DNA of 60,270 nt from Verrucomicrobia bacterium UBA3761 (GTDB taxonomy: Bacteria; Verrucomicrobiota; Kiritimatiellia; RFP12; UBA1067): assembly GCA_002371135.1 (NCBI GenBank), contig DFGB01000027.1:1-60270 (forward strand). Direction: 5' to 3'. How positions within the stretch are numbered: the first letter of the stretch is position 1; each line of letters starts with the position of its first letter. The notes under the pieces are model-generated. The model ran no database searches, was not told where the DNA came from, and saw nothing but the letters and a program-made list of their open reading frames with translations. The position numbers and the translations under genes are program-made. Shown one piece after another: positions 44,722-56,772 of the stretch.

Positions 44722-45744
44722 CTACTTGCGCGAAGCGCGGCCGCGCAACAGCGTATCGGGGGGGAGGTCGGAAGGAATGTGCCAGTCCAGAAGAGAGAAA
44801 TAGACAGGAAATATCTTGATGCCGTCTGGAGCGCAGTTGCGCTTGAACGCCTGCGTGACGAGACGCCGCAAGAATATATCGAGCGTCGCGGCAATCGTCT
44901 TCGCATCGTAGACGCCTTTAAAGCGCTTTTTCGCCGCCGCGAGGAGTTCGCGTCTGTCGAGCCCGTTGACTATGAAGTTCCAGATGAAGTAGTCGTGGAG
45001 CTCGTACGGGCCGATCTTGAGTTCTGTCACCTGCCCTTTTACGAGTTCCGGCGAGACGGGAGTTGCGACGATATCGGCAAGCGCCTCGCCCGCGAGGCCG
45101 CCGTGCTCTGCGGCCCACCACGCGCATACCTTGCGCACGACGGTCTTCGGCACGCCGGCGTTGACGCCGAACATCGACATGTGGTCGCCGTTGTACGTGC
45201 ACCAGCCGAGCGCGATTTCGGAGAGGTCGCCGGTCCCGAGCACGATGCCGCCTGTCATGTTCGCCTTGTCCATGAGGATCATCGTGCGCATGCGGGCCTG
45301 GGCGTTTTCATAAGTGACGTCGGGCGTCACGCCGTCGTGGCCGATATCCTTGAAGTGCACCTTGCAGGAACGGACTATGGAGATAGTCTCGCACTTGACG
45401 CCAAGACCCTCGCAAAGTTTGCCGGCATTGCCCTTGGTGCGGCGCGTCGTGCCGAAACCCGGCATCGTGTAGGCATGGATCGCAGAACGCTCGAGTCCGA
45501 GAGCATCGAACGCGCCCGCGGCGACAATGAGCGCGAGCGCGGAATCGAGTCCGCCGGAAATGCCAAGCGTCACCAACTTGACGCCGATGCGCGAGAGCCT
45601 CTCGGCTAGCGCGGCCACCTGACGGGAATACACGTCGCCCGGGTCGCAGGGAAACGCATCCTCCGCAGGCCGCTTCTCCGGCCGCTCGCCCAGCGAACCT
45701 AACGAGCCGCCTTCCTTCAGATACTTCGCAAGAGAGCGTTTCAT
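44722..45744 (-). CDS. nadE: NAD+ synthetase, synthetase (PP-loop) domain only
   Basis: The PP-loop is in the block LGISGGLDSALALIV. The C-terminal NadE blocks are present (GTGDLSEIALGWCTYNGDHMSMFGVNAGVPKT). At 340 aa there is no N-terminal CN-hydrolase domain. Confidence 0.85.
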   Translation of the reverse strand: MKRSLAKYLKEGGSLGSLGERPEKRPAEDAFPCDPGDVYSRQVAALAERLSRIGVKLVTLGISGGLDSALALIVAAGAFDALGLERSAIHAYTMPGFGTTRRTKGNAGKLCEGLGVKCETISIVRSCKVHFKDIGHDGVTPDVTYENAQARMRTMILMDKANMTGGIVLGTGDLSEIALGWCTYNGDHMSMFGVNAGVPKTVVRKVCAWWAAEHGGLAGEALADIVATPVSPELVKGQVTELKIGPYELHDYFIWNFIVNGLDRRELLAAAKKRFKGVYDAKTIAATLDIFLRRLVTQAFKRNCAPDGIKIFPVYFSLLDWHIPSDLPPDTLLRGRASRK

Positions 45745-45789
45745 GGGAAAGTAGGATGTAGAACCTCTAGAATCTCCAGGACCTAGGAC

Positions 45790-49008
<3,219 letters not shown>

Positions 49009-49095
49009 TGCATAAACCTTGCCTGTCGCGCGTCGAAGCCAGGGCGGAACCACCCGCCGCATTTCCGGAAGCCTCTTCGCGCTTTCGGAAAAAGT

Positions 49096-49125
49096 ATTAT
49101 ATCATATTCCCGCCCCCGGGGTCAA
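49096..49125 (-). promoter_or_regulatory. carB promoter TTGACC-18 nt-TGaTATAAT with ~80-nt leader
   Basis: On the minus strand the -35 is at 49125-49120 and the -10 at 49101-49096, with TG at 49104-49103. Confidence 0.5.
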
Positions 49126-49151
49126 TGTGGAAATGTGGAAATGTGGAAATG
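49125..49151. repeat. (ATGTGGAA) x3 tandem repeat directly upstream of the carB -35 box
   Basis: AATGTGGAAATGTGGAAATGTGGAAATG. Confidence 0.9.
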
Positions 49152-49365
49152 CCATTCGCCCTCCGGGCCTCCGCCGCCCCCCGCTTTTAGAGTGCCCCCT
49201 AAGCAAATCCCGAGTGCTCCCTAAGCAACTCGATTCTTTGCCCGAAGCTCGCCCTTCGCCTGCGGCAGAGGAGGACCGCGTTTGCCGCAGTCGCAACGTC
49301 AAGGAATACCACCCAGCCGAAGGCTGTCGGCGAAGCTGATGCCCTAACAGGGGTGCTCGGCTCTA

Positions 49366-49429
49366 GCGCCAAGGAGGCGCGGCTTTAGCCGCGCCCCCCT
49401 CGTTCGACTATGCGCGGCTTTAGCCGCGC
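49366..49429. repeat. Two copies of the REP-like palindrome GCGCGGCTTTAGCCGCGC
   Basis: Copies at 49377-49394 and 49412-49429. The first extends to the 29-bp unit shared with 44685-44713 in inverted orientation. Confidence 0.9.
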
Positions 49430-49442
49430 AGTCTAATACTTC

Positions 49443-49603
49443 GGCTCTTCGCACATTTTGGTGGGAATCGCTTTCGCTACACCTCCGGATACAGGGCTAG
49501 ACGCCCGCACGAAAATATAGCATACCATTCGGCATGGAACTAAATGCCCACTACAGTCAGCTCCTCGGCATTGGGGAGGAATGGAAAATCACAGATGTCC
49601 GCA
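49443..49603 (+). mobile_element. ISL3-family IS remnant (terminal IR plus first ~23 transposase codons)
   Basis: GGCTCTTCGCACATTTTGG at 49443 resembles ISL3-type terminal repeats (GGCTCTTC..., from memory). The ATG at 49534 gives MELNAHYSQLLGIGEEWKITDV, like the N-terminus of ISL3 transposases. Similarity ends at about 49600-49625. Confidence 0.45.
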
Positions 49604-49854
49604 TTGTCCTCACGATTCGCCTCATCTTCCTCATTCAGCAGATTCACATCGGCGATGATTCCCATCGTGTCGGTAATCTTGCATGGTATCGACTCCATGA
49701 GCGACTTGGCCTTGGCCACTCCCACGGGTGTGCCATTGTCCGCACGTCCAATATAGAGCGCTCCGCCGTATGCGTTCGCATACCCGCAAATCCATTCAAG
49801 ATACTCGTCGTGCCACGACTGCTTGAACTCTATCGTCTGTGTTTCTTTCTTCAT
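49540..49854 (-). pseudogene. 3'-truncated AlbA_2 (Schlafen-type) domain gene fragment
   Basis: TQTIEFKQSWHDEYLEWICGYANAYGGALYIGRADNGTPVGV...IPCKITDTMGIIADVNLL is a typical AlbA_2 N-terminus. After about residue 80 the ORF reads antisense IS sequence. Confidence 0.65.
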
Positions 49855-49900
49855 TGCCGTACCTTTTTACACTGCCGCGCCCTACAAACGCCATCGGCCA

Positions 49901-50041
49901 TCAGACTTCATCCGTCAGCCTGCGCAGCTCCTCGCGGATGCGCTCGGCCTCTTCCGCGTCACCATGCATGACGGCATACTCAAGCAGGGCGTCAAGTCGC
50001 TTGATCGCCTCTATCGTGTCGTCTCTCTGCGGCATCGCCAT
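49901..50041 (-). CDS. Possible small ORF (46 aa, helical)
   Basis: MAMPQRDDTIEAIKRLDALLEYAVMHGDAEEAERIREELRRLTDEV. It was found by hand and is below the ORF-track size cut-off. The SD is weak or distant. Confidence 0.2.
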   Translation of the reverse strand: MAMPQRDDTIEAIKRLDALLEYAVMHGDAEEAERIREELRRLTDEV

Positions 50042-50091
50042 AGTCTCTACTCAGTCCTTTCTACTCCACCGATGGGGACCTCTATCATCCC

Positions 50092-51345
50092 TTAAAGGTT
50101 AGCGCCCGAAAACTCGGAACGGAAGCGATACTTGCCCTTGCCACGCCCTTTCATGGTATCAAGAAGACGATGGCGAAGCATCGTCCTTATTAACATTCCC
50201 GCAGGCCCATCTGCCAACCCACAAACTTTCATGACCAGCGCACGACCGAAAACCTCCACATCGCTAAACTCATTATAAAGTTTCATTATGTTGGCATAGG
50301 TCGGGCGAGTCAACTTAAGCCCCGACAAGGCCTCTTCAATCGGCTGTTTTCGGGACCCAATCGGCTGTTTTCCCGCTCCAATCGGCTGTTTTCCCGCTCC
50401 AATCGGCTGTTTTCCTGTCTCAATATGCGGGTTTTCGTCCCCAATAGGCTTTTTTTCAAACGGGAAACGAATGGAATCCAGCTTTTTCAGCGAAACGGAT
50501 ATGACAAAGTTGTTGCCCTCGATGAAGACAGGATCAGCCCCGCCATAGTCCTTACTGTATTTGTAAAGATTGCGGACGCCCGAGCCGAGGCGGTCCGCAC
50601 GGCCGATTTCCCGGAAGAACCCTGCGATGATGGGATTCTTCGCACGCGGGCGAACATTCTCCGGCGTCACCCGTCCGTCCTGCATGGGATTACATGGATT
50701 CGACGTGTACATCCGGTCTCGTTCAATGACAAACTCTGACTTGTCCAAGCTTGTGAACTCGCGATGAATCAGAATGTTTGCCACCATCTCTCGGACGATT
50801 ATCTCACGTAGATTCAACCGCTTGTCCTCCTCAAGGAAGAAAGGCGCTGGCAGGTGCTTGCGCGAAAACTCCAAAAGCTCGTCGTAGCTTTCGAGCAGAT
50901 TTGTCCGAACGATGCGCCGATCATCGTAGCGATCGACATTCACGACGCGCAACAGCGCATCCGTCTCGTACTGCGGACAGATACGCATCAACGTCTCGTC
51001 CTTCCCCAAGAGCAGCACCGCCGCCAAGTTAAAGCCCGTCTCCTTTGTTACCTTGTCTTCGTCAATCAGTCCCGACGCACGGAAAAGCGCCTCGTCGTCC
51101 ATATCCATCCACGGATGTCGCTTGCCATCCGTCAAATGATTCTGCGCTTCCCGACGCACAAGCGGCAACATGTCCAAGCGAAAATCATCAAGCTTCAGTT
51201 GCGGGAACACCTCGCGCTCGGTGTAGATGCCCTTCTTGCGCATGTAGAGATCGGCGATCTGAGCCGTCGCCCTGATTTTCACGTCCACCTCGCCCATGCG
51301 GTCGTAGATGTCGCCGTGGTAGGAGTGAACATCGCCGCTGACCAG
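50092..51345 (-). pseudogene. 5'-truncated AlbA_2 / HATPase_c_4 transcriptional-regulator-like gene
   Basis: Carries the end of an AlbA_2 domain (HSYHGDIYDRMGEVDVKIRATAQIADLY), an ATPase-like core (REMVANILIHREF...NPIIAGFFREIGRADRLGSGVRN) and a C-terminal wHTH-like part. The first ~80-90 aa are missing. It contains four 21-bp repeats (KQPIGAG). Confidence 0.65.
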
Positions 51346-52432
51346 AGCTGAGACGCTTAAAGAATGCCATAGCAGACTTCCTCATCTCAGAGGGCGGGAA
51401 CTCAAGCAAACATTCGCCCTCTAACCGTTTAAGAATCGGATCACTTTTCAGAATCTCAAGACAAGACAACCATCGGCTTCTTCTTGGCTCATCTCGACAA
51501 TATGAAAGTGCTTCCGCAAAACACTCCTCCATCGGCTTGGGTTCGTCCCTCGTCACCCCGATACGGGTGAACGAGATTTGATTTGCACCCTTCCAAGTAT
51601 TTTGAGCATCGAACGCACTAAAAGATGCCGAGATAACGCCATACACACTCCCCTCTAGGAATTCTACTTTCCCAGGCTTGGATACGTACTCCTGCTCATC
51701 TTCTGCCTTACCACAAATCGCCTCACTTAAACACCGCAATAAATGCGTCTTACCGACACCATTCCGACCCACGATAACTTTAATATTTGATGGCAAGTTC
51801 GTCCTTGCTTGAACAGAGAATTCAAGAGAAACCAAGTTGGACACAGATACCATCCTAGGATAAGTATATGTAAAGCGAAAGTCCGTTAGAGCAGGTTTCC
51901 CATGGGCAAGTTTCGCATATCGATTCTTAAGTCTGTCCCGCGAAACACCACGCATAATCGAAACGCCCATTGAGTCTTCACCCTTAAACCGCTTATAAAG
52001 TTCCTGATTATAAGCTACATCCCTCAAGGCAACCAACACTCGCCTTGTCGATTTCTCACGACCGAAATATTCATAGTACGCATCCCCAACGCCCAAGGAG
52101 AAGAACGATTCGGGAAGAGCATAAAATTCTTGTGGAAGTACAGTCTTCCGCAATCCCATAGTCTCTTCACCAGACAGCACTAGCTTATTATAGGAATCGA
52201 CACCAAGGCCCTGTAAACCCACGTGCGAAATTCGCACCTCTTGCGCGGGCGCACGCCTGCCGTCGTCTCCAAAATAATGGATTGCGAACTTTGTTTCATA
52301 TTGGAACCAGTCATCCCAGCCAGTATGAACCAAATAGGCGACATCACGTGCAACTCTTGGCACTTGAGCAAAGCTCTCTACAACTTTGAATTTCATAGAT
52401 AATGTACAATTAAGATAAACTACGGAAGGCAT
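51188..52432 (-). pseudogene. 3'-truncated ABC/AAA-type ATPase with unassigned ~210-aa N-terminal domain
   Basis: Walker A GRNGVGKTHLL and signature-like KRLSSGQ. Immediately after (~51346) the frame runs into the unrelated, GC-richer AlbA_2 gene. Walker B and H-loop are absent. Confidence 0.6.
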
Positions 52433-52475
52433 ATCATTTATCTCAGATCTCCTTTAGTCATGGCTTGTTGCCAAA

Positions 52476-53525
52476 TTAAGCATGTTGCTCCCCCGTTTTC
52501 TTTCTGAACGCCGTAACGTCTTCCTCTTTCACAAAATAAAGGTTACCCTTCGTGCGCGTACATGCCACATAAAATTTATTACGGGTACTAGGTGCCAGTG
52601 ACTTCACATCGCCCTTAGCGAACTTATCATATGTGGACGAATTCAACACAACACATACATCGTCAAACGAAAGCCCTTTACACACACCCCAATTAGTTGC
52701 CTTGCAACTATACTCATACGATTTCTGATAAAACAATTTTTCGATTCGATCATCATTCATGATCGAATCGATACGACTTGCATCTGCAACCAGACAAGGA
52801 GGATTTACCTCAACCTGATTTGATGCGCCCATTTGAATACCAATCGTTGAACTAACAAAATCGCAGATCGCCTGAGGACAGCGGAAACTATTGTACAACG
52901 TCTGCTCATCAACTGTATACAATGCGTCAAACCGTTTCTTATAATTTAAATAATCATCATGCAAACTTTGATTCTTGGATCCGTCTCGGCTCGTATCAAA
53001 CGTATGCTGAAAGAAATCACCGGCGAGTAACACATTTAGCGTTGATTGTCCTAGCATTTCAATAAAATCGAAGTCATATCCGGCAAAGTCTTGAACTTCG
53101 TCAATAAATACACTGTCAAAAAACTGCGCGATCCGATGGAACAGTTTCCCATTTCCAATAAATTCACAAGCAAAGTGAAACGCTCGCGAATGAAAAACCT
53201 CCTCCCCGGCTCCCGTCACGAACCGATCCACTCCCTTTAAATATCGCGGAATCGGCTTTTTAGAATAGTGTAATCTTCGAATGCGTCGCCCTTCATCAAG
53301 GAGAAACGGTTTTATCATAAAATTTAGAAGGAAAGAAAAATATGTCGACACAAAAATATTGTCTGGAACCTTCTTAAACTTCTTAAGGATCGCGATTTCA
53401 AGATTATGTGCATTGTTCTCTGTATATGTCAAAAGCAAGCATCTGCCTGCCTGTGACAACTTGTCGACCAGGTATGTGGTTTTCCCTGCACCCGCCACAG
53501 CAAACAACACTTTTTTCATAACCAT
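52476..53525 (-). CDS. Minimal UvrD/SF1-like helicase (GajB-like partner)
   Basis: Motif I AVAGAGKTTYL, motif II FIDEVQDFAGYD and C-terminal YVACTRTKGNLYF. It is 349 aa and starts 7 nt after the OLD gene. Confidence 0.8.
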   Translation of the reverse strand: MVMKKVLFAVAGAGKTTYLVDKLSQAGRCLLLTYTENNAHNLEIAILKKFKKVPDNIFVSTYFSFLLNFMIKPFLLDEGRRIRRLHYSKKPIPRYLKGVDRFVTGAGEEVFHSRAFHFACEFIGNGKLFHRIAQFFDSVFIDEVQDFAGYDFDFIEMLGQSTLNVLLAGDFFQHTFDTSRDGSKNQSLHDDYLNYKKRFDALYTVDEQTLYNSFRCPQAICDFVSSTIGIQMGASNQVEVNPPCLVADASRIDSIMNDDRIEKLFYQKSYEYSCKATNWGVCKGLSFDDVCVVLNSSTYDKFAKGDVKSLAPSTRNKFYVACTRTKGNLYFVKEEDVTAFRKKTGEQHA

Positions 53526-53532
53526 TCAATCC

Positions 53533-55125
53533 CTATTTGCCTTGCATACCCGATAGCCACTTTATTGCTTTTGAAATATACGAAGGAGGGACAACCTCTT
53601 CCTTTGATTCCAAAATACGAAAAGCGGCTTCAGCCTTATGATCAAGCATATACTTGAGAGCATCAGGCTCATCTGAAAATATCTTCCCTATCTTTTCTTG
53701 GTTGTCATTGTATAAGCACACTTCAAATGTATACCTCGCAACATCTTCATCCACAAACACCTGTATTTTATCGCCGCAAAAACTCTCATACCACTTTTGA
53801 GATTTCTTATCGTTGTCTCGGACAACAGCCACTTTCGAGCCCAACACACTCCCAAGCTCAAGATATCTCGAGAAAGAAAGATTATTCAATGCAATCGTCC
53901 AGATACCAAGCGTTGCAGCATCTTCCCCCGTTATTGCTTTTATGAATTTTTCCATTAAGATGAATTCCGCAGCTCCCTCTACAAGTAAAATCTTCTTAGA
54001 AAGAACGAACTGTAGAATATTGTCATTCGGGGCCTTCATGAAGAAATTTGCCGTCTCACTTGAAATCTTACTCATCGAGCAAACTCTTTTGTTCACAAAA
54101 TAAACATTGCGTAAACCTATTCGAGATGTAATATAGCTATTATGCGTCACAATAAAAAGCTGTCGGTACTCCGCCTTCTCTTTGATATTCGCAATCAAAG
54201 TGCGCAAACATGAATGACTCAAATGGTTTTCGGGCTCCTCAATCGCCACAACAGACGATTTCTCTATATGCTTCAACAGCGCACTTTCCGTCTTGCACAT
54301 TGAAATATAGCCGTCTCCCCGCCCCGCAAGAGCAATACCATCTTTTTCAATCTCAAGGCAGGAATCCAAATCACCGATGACTTTCAGATCGCGCTTAATC
54401 GCCTCTGCAGGCAAAGTAAATTTCTCCGTATGCTGACGAAAATTAAGACGTGAAGACAACAAGTTCCGCTCATCAACAACATTCTGAAATGTGTTCTCGA
54501 CAATAAATCGCAACGCTTTAGCGGAATTAATAACAGTATTGTCTACAAATAAATAGCGGAAAGGCTTAAGGTACCCTGTATACGCCTGATCGGCAAACGT
54601 CGAAAATTCTACGGTATAAAATTCAAACGGGAAAATCTCAATTGTGTTCTTTCCCTCAACAATCTCTTCAATATCTTTAATGAAATCAGGATTGGGCTTA
54701 CATTCCATCTTGATTCCATATGTGGATTTACCATTCGAATTTAAATAATGCTCACCATTAAACCTATGCCATTTAGGTTCATCAGGCATATTCAAAAACA
54801 ATTCTATTGTAAGAACAGGAAGTGTTTCAATCGCCGGTGATTTCTTCCATTCGGAAACGGCCCTTGAATTGAAAAGACTCTTCAATCCTATACTTGTAAC
54901 CTTTGACACATTCCCGGATAGAACCAAATCTATACCATGGATAATAGAACTTTTTCCACTTCCATTATCGCCAACAAAGATGTTGTAGTCAGCATTGCAG
55001 ACAATCTTCTCATCTAAGAATACCCGATAATTCTTCAAGCGAATCTCTTTGATGGATATGTTCCTCATATCCTTTTCCTTCGCGTCTTCCGTCTGTGAAA
55101 GGTCGGCCATGTTATTTTTTTCCAT
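53533..55125 (-). CDS. OLD-family ATPase-TOPRIM nuclease (GajA-like)
   Basis: Walker A GDNGSGKSS, Walker B VVAIEEPENHLS and THNS. TOPRIM Glu in LLVEGAAEF and DxD in VVRDNDKK. An alternative start is at 55068 (MRNISIKEIRLKNY). Confidence 0.85.
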   Translation of the reverse strand: MEKNNMADLSQTEDAKEKDMRNISIKEIRLKNYRVFLDEKIVCNADYNIFVGDNGSGKSSIIHGIDLVLSGNVSKVTSIGLKSLFNSRAVSEWKKSPAIETLPVLTIELFLNMPDEPKWHRFNGEHYLNSNGKSTYGIKMECKPNPDFIKDIEEIVEGKNTIEIFPFEFYTVEFSTFADQAYTGYLKPFRYLFVDNTVINSAKALRFIVENTFQNVVDERNLLSSRLNFRQHTEKFTLPAEAIKRDLKVIGDLDSCLEIEKDGIALAGRGDGYISMCKTESALLKHIEKSSVVAIEEPENHLSHSCLRTLIANIKEKAEYRQLFIVTHNSYITSRIGLRNVYFVNKRVCSMSKISSETANFFMKAPNDNILQFVLSKKILLVEGAAEFILMEKFIKAITGEDAATLGIWTIALNNLSFSRYLELGSVLGSKVAVVRDNDKKSQKWYESFCGDKIQVFVDEDVARYTFEVCLYNDNQEKIGKIFSDEPDALKYMLDHKAEAAFRILESKEEVVPPSYISKAIKWLSGMQGK

Positions 55126-55130
55126 AATTG

Positions 55131-56756
55131 TTAAACTCCAAAAATGTCTTTTTTGAGCTTCGCGTAGACTGACATGCCCGGCTCAATCAACGGCGCTAAA
55201 GTGTCACGCGCAAAGGCCTCGTGAGTGTTTCCGCATTTAGTCAGCCCCAGTGTCGATTTAACCGCATTGTACAACGGTCCCGCAATACTCTTTACATCAT
55301 CTGGCGGTGTCACACCGACCATCAACTGGTTCTTCGTTGCAAGCAGCTGCGAAAGCAATTCATCATGTTGATTGACATGGCACAACTTACCGAGCACCTC
55401 ATCGTCCCACAAGTAATTTTCTAAATCACGCAAGGTCAAAACACGCCCGCCTTGTGCAACCAAATCTGCCACTTCCTGCGAGCTTCGGTCATCGCAATCA
55501 TAAATGGTTTCGATCTTGACCCCAGAAACACACTCTTTCAAGACAGATCCGGCGATCAGCGCATTTTTATCTACATCATTACAACCACCAACTGATATGA
55601 ATTGAACATCAGGAAATTCTCTCTCAAAAATCTGATTGTAACATCGTGCATCGAAATTTGGATTTCGGCGTGCGCCTTGTTCACGCCGCTGCCCTTCACA
55701 AAGAAATATTCGCTTAGGAGCGATGAGCGAAACCATATCGCCAAGAGCAACTTCAAATGCCGACTTCCAATAAGTTCTCGTGGGGACTATCGGCTCAACA
55801 ATCTGTGGGGCATCAAAGTCGCGGTTGGAAAAATCCAGAAAAACCACATTCTCAGGGTTTGCCTCATATAGTTCCTTCGCCTTTCGAATCATTCCTAACG
55901 AATGCGTGGCTATCCACAACTGGCAATTTGAAGGAATCAGGTTGTTCATTTCCTCCAAAAGATTTCCAGCCAGCGACGAATGCATATGCAGTTCAGGTTC
56001 GTCGATGCAAAATACCGTATTATTAAAATCTTTCGTCTTAATCACAAGATCAAGCAGCAGATCAAATGCCGCCTTCTCTCCACCTGACAAATTTTTGTAA
56101 GGAAAATTGTGACTGGCACCCTTCGTAAACAAAAACGTTCCATCTTGCAGCGGACGACCAAAGCTTTCAAGATTTAAGTCTGGGAATACGCGTTTCATCG
56201 ACACTTGCACGGCCGCGATATACTTATCGCGCAATCGCGTTCTTGAAACATCGTTATCAGATCCTGGCTCGGACAATTCTTCAACAAGAAAAGAAACCAT
56301 GCTCTGGTAATTTGCCGAAACACGTTTGTCTCTCGCCACCATCCAACAAGGATCCTCTTCATCGGAAAGAAGCGGAGCCTGTCGTCTCAGTCCATCCATG
56401 TGAAACCCCTCTTCAAAACGGTAGGCAGAACGAAAATAAAAAGATTTCCTACCTTCATCATCCCCAGACTTCAATTTTGAACAGTCATAAAACTCTACCT
56501 TTATTCGCGATTCACTCCTTCCTTCTGGTGCCGTACCATCCGCTCGTATCTTAGCAAGGTAGTTATTATCATAAGCACGATAGCAATTGTTATGCTTAAC
56601 ACCAGTTGAAAAAAGTGAAAATGCATCAAAAACAGACGACTTACCCGAACCATTCCGTCCCAACAAAACTATCAACTTGGCTGTTTGCGGAATAGACCTT
56701 ATCGTGAGATTTGAGAATCTCCTAAAGTCCGTCAGTTTTACCTCTTTGATTTTCAT
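55131..56756 (-). CDS. ABC-type ATPase fused to a DUF4435/TOPRIM-like domain (fused AriA-AriB/PARIS-like, or class-1 OLD-like)
   Basis: Walker A GRNGSGKSS, signature LSGGEKAAF, Walker B VFCIDEPELHMH and IATHS. The C-terminal IFLCEGQ...FDARCYNQIF...YDCDDRS fits the DUF4435/TOPRIM pattern. Confidence 0.75.
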   Translation of the reverse strand: MKIKEVKLTDFRRFSNLTIRSIPQTAKLIVLLGRNGSGKSSVFDAFSLFSTGVKHNNCYRAYDNNYLAKIRADGTAPEGRSESRIKVEFYDCSKLKSGDDEGRKSFYFRSAYRFEEGFHMDGLRRQAPLLSDEEDPCWMVARDKRVSANYQSMVSFLVEELSEPGSDNDVSRTRLRDKYIAAVQVSMKRVFPDLNLESFGRPLQDGTFLFTKGASHNFPYKNLSGGEKAAFDLLLDLVIKTKDFNNTVFCIDEPELHMHSSLAGNLLEEMNNLIPSNCQLWIATHSLGMIRKAKELYEANPENVVFLDFSNRDFDAPQIVEPIVPTRTYWKSAFEVALGDMVSLIAPKRIFLCEGQRREQGARRNPNFDARCYNQIFEREFPDVQFISVGGCNDVDKNALIAGSVLKECVSGVKIETIYDCDDRSSQEVADLVAQGGRVLTLRDLENYLWDDEVLGKLCHVNQHDELLSQLLATKNQLMVGVTPPDDVKSIAGPLYNAVKSTLGLTKCGNTHEAFARDTLAPLIEPGMSVYAKLKKDIFGV

Positions 56757-56772
56757 GGCGTTCCCTATAGAA

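Noticed and set aside
49150-49533. tRNA or tmRNA gene as the integration site at the defence-island boundary
   Set aside because: No cloverleaf-compatible sequence or conserved T-loop motif (GGTTCGAATCC-type) was recognised. The region holds only short direct repeats and REP-like palindromes.
49534-49971. 145-aa plus-strand ORF starting MELNAHYSQLLGIGEEWKITDV
   Set aside because: Only the first ~23 codons look like a transposase N-terminus. The rest is antisense to the AlbA_2 fragment. It is treated as an IS remnant, not a gene.
49540-51345. The C-terminal-then-N-terminal order of AlbA_2 pieces as evidence for a circularly permuted gene or an integrated 1.7-kb circle
   Set aside because: Two tandem paralogues each truncated by a separate event (a deletion at ~51346 and an IS-associated break at ~49610) explain the layout more simply. 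No direct repeats mark a recombination site.
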